64,000 nucleotides of DNA from Fidelibacterota bacterium. Its GTDB lineage: Bacteria; Fidelibacterota; Marinisomatia; Marinisomatales; Marinisomataceae. Where the stretch lies: the NCBI GenBank assembly GCA_965212055.1, contig OZ243041.1:352001-416000 (forward strand). The letters run 5' to 3'. Below, piece by piece: positions 50,700 through 59,453 of the stretch (positions are counted from its first letter, which is position 1; each line of letters begins with the position of its first letter). The translations under genes were made by a program, and so were the position numbers. A model generated the notes under the pieces. That model was not told the origin of the DNA and made no database searches. It saw nothing but the letters and a program-made list of their open reading frames with translations.

Positions 50700-50879
50700 A
50701 TGAAAACTCTTTTATTATTAACTTTACTTTTTTACAAAAGATTTTACAGATTTTACAGAAGATTTAAGTCTTATTTATCAAAATCTTCTAAGAATGATAT
50801 AGTATCAGATAAGAAAATAACTAAAGTTAATTATGACAAAGTGCGTGATGCAGATTTTGAGGATTTGGATGAACAATAA
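50700..50879 (+). CDS. 59-aa small protein with C-terminal DADFED motif
   Basis: Manual translation MKTLLLLTLLFYKRFYRFYRRFKSYLSKSSKNDIVSDKKITKVNYDKVRDADFEDLDEQ; fills the gap in the operon; below the ORF-track cutoff. Confidence 0.65.
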   Translation: MKTLLLLTLLFYKRFYRFYRRFKSYLSKSSKNDIVSDKKITKVNYDKVRDADFEDLDEQ

Positions 50880-51450
50880 ATATATATTTATAACTTTACT
50901 AATGTTATCTACCATATTTTCCCAAGAGAAGAATCATAATCTTAATTTTCTTTTTGCAAATAATGCTTATGGTTTATCATATGAATATCAAAGATTTGTA
51001 AAACCAGATTTATCAGTTGGTGCTGATCTCAGGTTTTATGATATTCGCACTGATGAATATCCAGTATATGATCCATTCTATAATCAGTATGATGTATCTG
51101 GCGAAAAAAGCATCTTAATACTTCCTATGTATCTTAGGCTTAACTACTATCCATTTAAAGACAAGATTGCAAATAATTTCCAACCATTTTTATTATTATC
51201 TTTTGGTCCATTTGTAACAATTGATGGTGATGAAGATGCCGGTAGTTTCTCTGATAAATGGTCTGGTGCACCTACACAAGTTAATCTTGGTGCTTCCATT
51301 GGTTTTGGTGTCACCCTTCAGACAGATAGATCTTCTGGATTTTCATTTGGTATAGCTTATGATCATTTGCAGGTAGAGGAACCAATTCATGATCAAGAAG
51401 ATTTCGGTGGAGGATTTCTTTACCTACAGTATAGACTTGGTCGTGAGTAA
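50869..51450 (+). CDS. Probable outer-membrane beta-barrel protein
   Basis: Signal peptide from ATG 50869, alternating beta-strands, aromatic C-terminal strand FLYLQYRLG. Confidence 0.65.
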   Translation: MNNKYIFITLLMLSTIFSQEKNHNLNFLFANNAYGLSYEYQRFVKPDLSVGADLRFYDIRTDEYPVYDPFYNQYDVSGEKSILILPMYLRLNYYPFKDKIANNFQPFLLLSFGPFVTIDGDEDAGSFSDKWSGAPTQVNLGASIGFGVTLQTDRSSGFSFGIAYDHLQVEEPIHDQEDFGGGFLYLQYRLGRE

Positions 51451-52168
51451 TTTTTTCTTTATAGATAAAAAGAATATTCAAAGAAATAATTTCTGTTTAA
51501 ATCATAATGAATCGCATCATTTAATAAATGTTATGCGTTTAAAAGTTAACTCGAAGATTTGGCTTACCGATGGAGATGGAACATCATATTTTGTTTTGAT
51601 TAATTCATTTGACAATGGAATTGCTTCGGGAGAGATCTTGGAAAGTTATAAAAATAAAAATGAATCAAATCATTATATACACCTTGGTTTACCTATTATA
51701 AAGAATTCTAGAATCAAAATTGCAGTGGAAAAGTCTGTTGAATGTGGTGTAAAAGAAATCACACCATTATCTCTAGATAGATCAGTAAAGTCTAATCCTT
51801 CCATTGAAAGATTAAATTCAATTTCCCAGTCTGCTGGTAAACAATCCATGAGAAGTATTTTCCCAAAAATCAATCCTGTTTCTTCTTTATCAGATTGGTA
51901 TAGTCGTGATGCTATCAATATTGTTTGTTTTATTGAATCTAATAGAAGATTAAGTGATTTTAAGGATGAAATTTTTAAAGCAAATGATGATAAGAAAAAA
52001 ATTTCCGTTTTAATTGGGCCTGAAGGAGATTTTTCAGATGAAGAAAAAGAGTTCATTTATGATAAGAAATTTCTTAAAGTTAACCTTGGTAATACTATTC
52101 TAAGAACTGAGACAGCGGTTATATCTATTTTATCAGTTTTGAATGAATTAATGGCACAATATGAGTAA
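51443..52168 (+). CDS. rsmE: 16S rRNA m3U1498 methyltransferase
   Basis: HHLINVMRL, EKSVECGV, KQS, IGPEGDFS, LGNTILRTETA; GTG start at 51443. Confidence 0.94.
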   Translation: MSNFFFIDKKNIQRNNFCLNHNESHHLINVMRLKVNSKIWLTDGDGTSYFVLINSFDNGIASGEILESYKNKNESNHYIHLGLPIIKNSRIKIAVEKSVECGVKEITPLSLDRSVKSNPSIERLNSISQSAGKQSMRSIFPKINPVSSLSDWYSRDAINIVCFIESNRRLSDFKDEIFKANDDKKKISVLIGPEGDFSDEEKEFIYDKKFLKVNLGNTILRTETAVISILSVLNELMAQYE

Positions 52169-52505
52169 AACAGTTTTTCAAAAAATTATTGATAGAGAAA
52201 TTCCTTCTGAGATTGTTTATGAAGATGATTTGGTAATTGCAATTAAAGATGTCAATCCTGTAGCACCAGTACACTTATTAATTATACCTAAAAAATGTAT
52301 ACCAACCTTAAATGATTTAATAGAAGAAGATGCTAATACCGTTAGTAGAATGATAGAGATTGCAAAAGATCTTGCAAAACAATTTAATATTGATAAAACA
52401 GGCTATAGAACTGTTTTTAATTGTAATGATGATGGTGGTCAGACCGTTTATCATATACACCTTCACTTAATCGGAGGGAGAAAAATGAGTTGGCCTCCAG
52501 GATAA
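52161..52505 (+). CDS. hinT: Histidine triad nucleotide-binding protein
   Basis: FQKIIDREIP, DVNPVAPVHLL, GQTVYHIHLHLIGGR. Confidence 0.93.
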   Translation: MSKTVFQKIIDREIPSEIVYEDDLVIAIKDVNPVAPVHLLIIPKKCIPTLNDLIEEDANTVSRMIEIAKDLAKQFNIDKTGYRTVFNCNDDGGQTVYHIHLHLIGGRKMSWPPG

Positions 52506-52510
52506 ATATT

Positions 52511-54580
52511 ATGCATATTTCAAAATTAGAAGTCTTTGGTTTTAAATCTTTCGCAAAAAAGCAAACTGTTGTTTTTAATGATGGTATTACTGGTATTGTT
52601 GGTCCAAATGGTTGTGGTAAAACAAACATTGTTGATGCAATACGATGGGTTCTTGGAGAACAAAGAACATCTAGATTGAGAAGCTCTAAAATGGAGGATC
52701 TGATTTTCAATGGTACGTCTAGGGTCAAGCCTCTAGGTTTTTGTGAAGTGTATTTAACTGTTGAAAATGATAAAGGACTTCTTCCTTTAGAATATAATCA
52801 AGTAGAAGTCGGAAGAAAATTATATCGTAGTGGAGAAAGTGAATATTTTATTAATAAAAATTCATGCAGATTAAAAGACATATATAACCTTTTTGTTGAT
52901 ACAGGTATGAGTTCCGATGCTTATTCTGTAATAGAGCTCAATATGATTGAGCAGATTCTATCAAATAAAGATCATAGTAGAAGAATAATGTTTGAGGAAG
53001 CTGCAGGGGTAAATAAGTATAAATCTCAAAGACGTTCAGCTTTGAAAAAATTCGAACTCAATAATAGAGATTTGGAAAGAATCGATGATATTATTATTGA
53101 AATAGAAATGCAGGTTAAAAATCTTCAATTGCAGTTGAAGAGGTTTAATAGACATGAGAAATTAAGTGAAAAATTACAAAAACTAGAAATAGAATTAGCT
53201 CAAGCAAGGATTAGCGATTTAGAAAAAGAAACCAAGCCATTAGAATCTTTTCTTAAAAAGAAGAATAAGTTGCTAGATAAAAATTCTTCAAAACAGAAAT
53301 CAGAAAATTTGGATTTTTCCACCGCTAAGGACAATTATTTACATAAAAAAGAAGAATTAGACAAGACTCAAAAAAAGGTTGATCAATTAACTGAGAAACT
53401 TCTCAAAGATGTTCAGAAGAAAAACACTGAGTCTTCAAAAGGGATAGATGTTCTTGAAGGTGAGCTTCAAAAAAAGATTAATCAATTAAATCAGTTTGAC
53501 AAAGATTATATGAAAATTATTTCGGAATGTGATGATTGTGGAAAAACTGTTATAGGTACCGATAAGAAATATGAGAAATTGAAAAAGAGTATTGAAGACT
53601 ATAAAGATAAAATTCAAGAATATAAAAGTAGCAAAGAATTCAACTTCAACAAACTAAATGATTCAATTAAAGATACTCAGCAAAAGATTGATATTGGAAA
53701 ATCAGATATAAAAAGCAAAGAAACTGATGTGAATAATGCTTTTATAAAAATGGAGTCAATTCGTGCAAAGATGGATTCAGAAAGATTCAAAAAAGACGAC
53801 ATATTGTATGATATAAAGAATGCAGAAATGAAGATTGCAGAATCGAAGATAAGGATAGATCAAATTAAAGAGCAAATTATAGATAAGTTTGGAGAGAATA
53901 TTAAGCTTAAATCAATTAAGAATTATAACATATCTGATATATCATATAATGTAGAAAAGACTAAAAGAAGTATTGAAACTATTGGTCCAATTAATTGGGC
54001 AGTATCGGATGAGTATAACGAACAAAATACTAGACTACAATTATTAAAGTCTCAAAGAAGCGATTTAGTGGAATCAGAAGAAAATTTGAAAGATGCAATT
54101 AAGAAAATTGATAATGTGGCAAAAAAACAATTTTCTGATACCTTTAATAAGATTAAAGATAATTTTGAAATAATGTTTGAGACATTCTTTCTAGGAGGAA
54201 AAGGAACAATTGCCTTGAGCGATACTGGTGATCCATTGAATTCTGAAATAACAATTTTTGCACAGCCTCCAGGTAAGAAAAATAGTTCATTAAGGATGCT
54301 GTCTGCTGGAGAAAAATCCTTAACAGCAATTGCGCTTCTTTTTGCGATATATCAATATAAACCAAGTCCTTTTTGTATTTTAGACGAGATAGATGCTCCT
54401 CTTGATGATATAAATATTAATAAATTTACTAAGGTCATAAAGGATTATAGCAAGAATACTCAGTTTATAATGGTAACTCACAATAAATTAACTATGGAAT
54501 CAACTGATTGTATTTATGGGGTTACTTCGGAAAGAAAAGGCATTTCAAAAGTAATTTCGATTGATTTTGCTGAAAAATAA
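52511..54580 (+). CDS. smc: Short SMC-family chromosome segregation ATPase (689 aa, no recognisable hinge, central CxxC)
   Basis: GFKSF, Walker A GPNGCGKTN, RWVLGEQ, FEEAAG, GPIN, PPGK, signature LSAGEK, Walker B/D-loop ILDEIDAPLD, VTHN. Confidence 0.9.
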   Translation: MHISKLEVFGFKSFAKKQTVVFNDGITGIVGPNGCGKTNIVDAIRWVLGEQRTSRLRSSKMEDLIFNGTSRVKPLGFCEVYLTVENDKGLLPLEYNQVEVGRKLYRSGESEYFINKNSCRLKDIYNLFVDTGMSSDAYSVIELNMIEQILSNKDHSRRIMFEEAAGVNKYKSQRRSALKKFELNNRDLERIDDIIIEIEMQVKNLQLQLKRFNRHEKLSEKLQKLEIELAQARISDLEKETKPLESFLKKKNKLLDKNSSKQKSENLDFSTAKDNYLHKKEELDKTQKKVDQLTEKLLKDVQKKNTESSKGIDVLEGELQKKINQLNQFDKDYMKIISECDDCGKTVIGTDKKYEKLKKSIEDYKDKIQEYKSSKEFNFNKLNDSIKDTQQKIDIGKSDIKSKETDVNNAFIKMESIRAKMDSERFKKDDILYDIKNAEMKIAESKIRIDQIKEQIIDKFGENIKLKSIKNYNISDISYNVEKTKRSIETIGPINWAVSDEYNEQNTRLQLLKSQRSDLVESEENLKDAIKKIDNVAKKQFSDTFNKIKDNFEIMFETFFLGGKGTIALSDTGDPLNSEITIFAQPPGKKNSSLRMLSAGEKSLTAIALLFAIYQYKPSPFCILDEIDAPLDDININKFTKVIKDYSKNTQFIMVTHNKLTMESTDCIYGVTSERKGISKVISIDFAEK

Positions 54581-54658
54581 ATTATTTGGACTATTCAATC
54601 CTTTTCCACAAATTACGCCTGTTTTAATTCATTAAAAGAGAATGGAAAGATAATAAAT

Positions 54659-55735
54659 ATGGCAACTAAAATTAGATTTAAAAGAATTGGAAGAAGAAAT
54701 AGACCTTTCTATAGGTTGGTCGTTATTGATTCTAGAAAAAGAAGAGATGGTGCACCTATTGAACAGTTAGGTTGGTATGATCCGATCAAAGCTGATAAAG
54801 AATCTAACTTCAATTTTAATGAAGATAGAATAATTGATTGGTTGAAAGAAGGAGCACAAGTTTCAGATCCTGTTAATAAGCTTATGAAAAGATCTGGCCT
54901 TGCTTATAAATGGCATCTAATTAAACAAGGACTTTCTGAAAGTGAAATAGAAAAAGCTCTTAAGAAATGGAAAGAAGAAAGAGATGAAGTTGTTAAAAAT
55001 AGAAAAAAAGCTAGACTCGATAGAAAGATTAAGAAAAAAGAAGAAAAAGATTCTAAAAAACTTGTAGAAGAAGCTCCAGCTGAAGAACCAGCAAAAGAAG
55101 AAGCTCCAGCTGAAGAACCAGCGAAGAAGAAGCTCCAGCTGAAGAACCAGCGAAGAAGAAGCTCCAGCCAAAAGAAGAAAGAAGAAGCTCCAGCTGAAGA
55201 ACCAGCAAAAGAAGAAGCTCCAGCTGAAGAACCAGCCGAAGAAGAAGCTCCAGAACCGAAGAAGAAGCTCCAGCCGAAGAAGAAGCTCCAGCTGAAGAAC
55301 CAGCAAAAGAAGAAGCTCCAGCTGAAGAAGAAGCTCCAGCCGAAGAAGAAGCTCCAGCTGAAGAACCAGCCGAAGAAGAAGCTCCAGCTGAAGAACCAGC
55401 CGAAGAAGAAGCTCCAGCTGAAGAAGAAGCTCCCTGAAGAAGAAGCTCCAAAAGAAGAAGCTCCAGCCGAAGAAGAAGCTCCAGCTGAAGAACCAGCAAA
55501 AGAAGAAAAGCTCCAGCCGAAGAAGAAGCTCCAGCTGAAGAACCAGCAGAAGAAGAAGCTCCAGCTGAAGAAGCTCCAGCGAAGAAGAAGCTCCAGCCGA
55601 AGAAGAAGCTCCAGCTGAAGAACCAGCCGAAGAAGAAGCTCCAGCTGAAGAAGCTCCAGAAGAAGAAAGAAGAAGCTCCAGCTGAAGAACCAGCAAAAGA
55701 AGAAAGAAGAAGCTCCAGCTGAAGAAAAATCTTAA
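54659..55735 (+). CDS. rpsP: 30S ribosomal protein S16 with long EEAPA-repeat tail, interrupted by frameshifts
   Basis: KIRFKRIGRRNRPFYRLVVIDSR...GWYDP. The acidic repeat frame ends AEEKS* at 55735; as given, the ORF stops at 55618. Confidence 0.9.
55067..55726 (+). repeat. ~660-bp low-complexity tandem repeat (GAAGAAGCTCCAGCT / GAAGAACCAGCA units)
   Basis: Dozens of near-identical 15-18-nt units. Confidence 0.97.
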
Positions 55736-55764
55736 CTAAAGATTTGATATTATAATAAGGAGGT

Positions 55765-56007
55765 ATGATGGAATTGACGGATCTTATTAAGGCAATTGTT
55801 AGCGAATTAGTGGATAGTCCTGAAGAAGTTGATATCAAAGAGGTTGAGACAGAAAATCAGATAATTCTTGAACTAAAAGTTTCTAAAGATGATTTTGGTA
55901 AAGTTATTGGAAAAAGTGGAAGAAATATTTCTGCAATTAGAACAATATTATTTGCTATTAATGCCAAAAAAGGTGGTAAAAAAGCAAGACTTGATGTAGT
56001 TGAATAA
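55765..56007 (+). CDS. khpA: KH-domain RNA-binding protein KhpA
   Basis: LVDSPEEV, DFGKVIGKSGRNISAIR; follows rpsP; SD AAGGAGG. Confidence 0.9.
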   Translation: MMELTDLIKAIVSELVDSPEEVDIKEVETENQIILELKVSKDDFGKVIGKSGRNISAIRTILFAINAKKGGKKARLDVVE

Positions 56008-56025
56008 ATTTTTAGGTTATTGATA

Positions 56026-56724
56026 ATGAATATCTATTTTATTACCCCTTTTCCAGCACTAGTTGAAACTCTAGTTAAAAATAATATCTCAAACCAAGGG
56101 ATAAAGAAAAATTTGGTTAATGTTGATGTTATTAATCTTAGAGATTTCTCAAACAATGAATATAAACAAATTGATGATGAACCTTATGGTGGAGGAAGTG
56201 GAATGATTATGATGTGTGAGCCTTTGTTTAAGGCTATAGAACATTGTATTGATAAATCTTCTCATAAACCGAAGATAATCTTTCCTTCTCCAAAAGGTGA
56301 AATTTTAAATCATTCAGTTTCTGAAAGTTTAAGTAAAGAGAATTCATTGATTTTTATATGCGGTCATTACAAGGGTATAGATCAGAGAGTAATTGATAAA
56401 TATGTTGATTCTGAAATTTCAATAGGAGACTATGTTATTTCAAATGGAGAACTTTCTTCTATGATAGTTTTTGATTCAATTATCAGATTAGTACCAGGAG
56501 TTCTTAATGATTTAAATTCGGCAATGACAGATTCTTTTGTTGACGATTTACTTGATGCTCCTTATTTTACGCGACCAAATGAGATTGATGGGTTAAAGGT
56601 GCCTGATGTGTTATTATCTGGAAATCATCAGTTGATTGAAGAGTGGAGAAAAAATAAGAAAATTGAGATAACTAAAGATAAAAGACCTGATCTTTGGAAG
56701 AAGTATAAAGAAAAAAAGAAATGA
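56026..56724 (+). CDS. trmD: tRNA (guanine-37-N1)-methyltransferase
   Basis: [42 protein letters not shown]. Confidence 0.96.
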   Translation: MNIYFITPFPALVETLVKNNISNQGIKKNLVNVDVINLRDFSNNEYKQIDDEPYGGGSGMIMMCEPLFKAIEHCIDKSSHKPKIIFPSPKGEILNHSVSESLSKENSLIFICGHYKGIDQRVIDKYVDSEISIGDYVISNGELSSMIVFDSIIRLVPGVLNDLNSAMTDSFVDDLLDAPYFTRPNEIDGLKVPDVLLSGNHQLIEEWRKNKKIEITKDKRPDLWKKYKEKKK

Positions 56725-57041
56725 GTAAAGAAAATTCAAAAAAAATTCCAGACTTTAAACCTGGCGATATATTATCAATCAACGTTAATGTAAAAGAAGG
56801 TAAGAAAGTTCGTCAACAGCTTTTTAAAGGTACAGTAATTGCAAGAAAAGGTTCTGGTGTTGGAGAAACAATTACCGTTAGAAAAGTTTCTAATGGTGTA
56901 GGCGTTGAAAGAATTTTTCCTCTTCACTCTCCTAGCATAGCTTCTATCAAGGTTAACAAGATTAACAAGGTAAGAAAAGCTAAATTATACTATCTAAGAA
57001 ATCTTTCTGGTAAGGCAGCAAGATTATCTGAAAAAAAATAA
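56721..57041 (+). CDS. rplS: 50S ribosomal protein L19
   Basis: [33 protein letters not shown]. Confidence 0.98.
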   Translation: MSKENSKKIPDFKPGDILSINVNVKEGKKVRQQLFKGTVIARKGSGVGETITVRKVSNGVGVERIFPLHSPSIASIKVNKINKVRKAKLYYLRNLSGKAARLSEKK

Positions 57042-57059
57042 AGGATTACTAGGGAAATA

Positions 57060-57863
57060 ATGTTAGTTAGTATGACAGGTTTTGGTTTTGGCCATTACGA
57101 AGATAAATCCATTTCTATTGATGTAGAGATTAGATCTTTTAATTCTAGGTATTTCGAGCTACAAACAAGATATTTTGACTTATCTGGAGAAACAGAATAT
57201 AAAATTAGAAGATTTCTAAAGAAAAAATTAAAACGAGGTTCTGTGACTCTAAGCATAAAAATTGATTCTAAGAATCAGTTCAAAGTGAATAATCATAAAA
57301 TAGAGAGTTTTCTTAAGGCTTATAAAAATATAGAAAAAAAATATAATCTAAAATTAGACTATAACAAGCTTTTTTCCAGCAATGATTTAGTTAGATTTTC
57401 TACATCAGATAAAGCTTTTGATAATAAAATTCTTAAAGCTATTAATACAGCAACAAATCAAGTTATATCAATGAGAGTTAAAGAAGGAAACGATATTCAA
57501 AAAGAATTTTTGAAGTATATTACCATTGCCAAGAAAGATTTGCGTAATATTCAATCTATTTGCCTCAAAGAAGTTACTAAATTGGCTAACAGAAAAAGTA
57601 ATTCTGATTCTAAGATTGAAGATATTGAGAAATTGGATATTACTGAAGAGATAGATAGAACAAAAAGTCATTTTAATCAGATAGAATCATCAATTCAATC
57701 AAAAGAGCTTTCTGGAAAAAAGATTAATTTTATTCTTCAAGAAATAAATAGAGAATCAAATACAATTTTATCAAAGTTTCTGAATAAAAAGATTGCGAAA
57801 AATGCTATTAGTCTGAAAATTCAGACAGAGAAATTAAGAGAACAAATAAACAATATATTATGA
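57060..57863 (+). CDS. YicC/YloC family endoribonuclease
   Basis: SMTGFG, EIRSFNSR, DITEEIDR, QEINRESNT, EKLREQ. Confidence 0.88.
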   Translation: MLVSMTGFGFGHYEDKSISIDVEIRSFNSRYFELQTRYFDLSGETEYKIRRFLKKKLKRGSVTLSIKIDSKNQFKVNNHKIESFLKAYKNIEKKYNLKLDYNKLFSSNDLVRFSTSDKAFDNKILKAINTATNQVISMRVKEGNDIQKEFLKYITIAKKDLRNIQSICLKEVTKLANRKSNSDSKIEDIEKLDITEEIDRTKSHFNQIESSIQSKELSGKKINFILQEINRESNTILSKFLNKKIAKNAISLKIQTEKLREQINNIL

Positions 57864-58420
57864 AACTTCTTTTTACACTATCAGGTTCTTCCGGATCAGG
57901 AAAAACAACTTTATTAGATCTATTATCTCGTGATTTGGCTATTGATATTTCAGTTTCTCATACAACTAGAGAGAGAAGGGAATATGAGATTGATGGAATT
58001 CACTATCATTTTGTTTCAAAGGACAAATTTAATAGTCTTACCAACGATGATAAATTTATTGAATATGAAAATGTTCATGGTGACTTATATGGCACAACAA
58101 AAGAAGGAGTAGAATGTTATTTATCTGAAAAGAAACCATTATTTTTAGAATTAGATGTTAAAGGTGCATTAAATCTAAAAAAAATGTATCCAGAGAATAC
58201 TGTTTCTATATTTTTATCAGCTCCAAATTTTAAAGAATTAGAGAGTAGACTAATTCATAGATCATCAGAATCAAAAGAAGAGATTAATAAAAGATTAAGC
58301 AGGTTTTCTGAAGAGGAGAACCTAAAAAAAGAATTTGACTATACAGTTATTAATGATAACTTCGAATCCACATTCGAAGAGTTAAAAAAAATGATACTTT
58401 CAATGATAAAAGAGGATTAA
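57860..58420 (+). CDS. gmk: Guanylate kinase
   Basis: GSSGSGKTT, SHTTR, DGIHYHF, YGT. Confidence 0.95.
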   Translation: MKLLFTLSGSSGSGKTTLLDLLSRDLAIDISVSHTTRERREYEIDGIHYHFVSKDKFNSLTNDDKFIEYENVHGDLYGTTKEGVECYLSEKKPLFLELDVKGALNLKKMYPENTVSIFLSAPNFKELESRLIHRSSESKEEINKRLSRFSEEENLKKEFDYTVINDNFESTFEELKKMILSMIKED

Positions 58421-58423
58421 AAG

Positions 58424-58720
58424 ATGGCAATTGGACCAATTTCTTTTAAAAAATTACTAAAAAAAACTGATGATATTTATGAATCTGTAGTTGTTTCTTC
58501 TCGAAGAGCAAAACAAATTCTTCAAGAACGTGTTTTGAAACAGATAATTGAAGAAAACACTGAGTTTAACGAAGAAGAAGGTATTTTATCAGAACCAGTT
58601 ATCAGAGAAGATATTGATTTTGATAAAGAAGAAAAAGTAACAACAATTGCTCTTGATGAGTATCTTGAAGGAAAATTAGATTGGAAAAAAACAGAAGAAT
58701 CAATTGACCAAGAATCTTAA
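58424..58720 (+). CDS. rpoZ: RNA polymerase omega subunit (FCB type)
   Basis: DIYESVVVSSRRAKQI, KVTTIALDE; follows gmk. Confidence 0.8.
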   Translation: MAIGPISFKKLLKKTDDIYESVVVSSRRAKQILQERVLKQIIEENTEFNEEEGILSEPVIREDIDFDKEEKVTTIALDEYLEGKLDWKKTEESIDQES

Positions 58721-59357
58721 TGCAAAGAAAGAATATCTATTACAGAATCAAGAATTATTTGGAAAAGAAATATTTCTTGATATAGCTCAACAATCATCAC
58801 CTTTTCCTAACCAATTAAACACATTCGAAAAAAATATCTGTAATTGTGAAAAATGTGATTTACATAAAAGTCGTACAAATTTTGTTTTTGGTGAGGGCGA
58901 TAAAAATGCAAGCCTACTCTTGATTGGAGAAGCTCCCGGAGCGCAAGAAGATCTTGAAGGGAGACCGTTTGTTGGCAGATCTGGGAAATTACTTGATAAA
59001 ATATTAAAAGCAATTGATAGAGACAGATTTAATGATACTTATATCTGCAATATCTTGAAATGCAGGCCTCCTGAAAATAGAAATCCATCATCAAGTGAAG
59101 TTGATAAATGCAAACCATATTTAAATCATCAAATTAAATTAATTAATCCGAAACTTATTGTGACACTTGGGTTGGTTGCAACATCAACATTGCTAGGAAA
59201 AGATTCTTCTCTAAAAGATATGAGGAATAATATTTTTTATTATATGAATTATCCCGTTATTGTAACTTATCATCCTGCTTTTCTGTTAAGAAGTCCAAGT
59301 TTTAAGAGAAATGCATGGGAAGACTTTAAAAAAATTAGAGACTATATAAAGAATTAA
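58704..59357 (+). CDS. Family 4 uracil-DNA glycosylase
   Basis: CEKC, GEAPG, PFVGRSG, KCRPP.NR, YHPA. Confidence 0.93.
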   Translation: MTKNLNAKKEYLLQNQELFGKEIFLDIAQQSSPFPNQLNTFEKNICNCEKCDLHKSRTNFVFGEGDKNASLLLIGEAPGAQEDLEGRPFVGRSGKLLDKILKAIDRDRFNDTYICNILKCRPPENRNPSSSEVDKCKPYLNHQIKLINPKLIVTLGLVATSTLLGKDSSLKDMRNNIFYYMNYPVIVTYHPAFLLRSPSFKRNAWEDFKKIRDYIKN

Positions 59358-59359
59358 AC

Positions 59360-59431
59360 TTGTCAGGGCCAGAAAAGATTGTTAATCTAGTGAATATGGC
59401 TATTTATATGATGTTGATAGTCTGTGGATAA
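59360..59431 (+). promoter_or_regulatory. sigma70-like promoter plus consensus DnaA box upstream of dnaB
   Basis: TTGTCA(59360)-17 bp-TAATCT(59383); TGTGGATAA at 59423-59431 (TTATCCACA on the minus strand). Confidence 0.55.
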
Positions 59432-59453
59432 ATATTGATGAATAAAAGATAAT

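Noticed and set aside
52511..54580. Calling the SMC-like gene RecN, SbcC/Rad50 or Wadjet JetC
   Set aside because: Head motifs (RWVLGEQ, FEEAAG, PPGK, PFCILDEIDAPLD) are Smc-type, and no sbcD or jetABD neighbours are present.
54602..54610. DnaA-box-like TTTTCCACA upstream of rpsP
   Set aside because: A single relaxed-consensus match in AT-rich DNA; likely chance.
55067..55726. Possible CRISPR array
   Set aside because: Head-to-tail coding repeats without unique spacers.
54917..55838. Long minus-strand ORFs (259 and 261 aa) over the rpsP repeat
   Set aside because: Antisense shadows of a stop-poor low-complexity repeat; no protein-like features.
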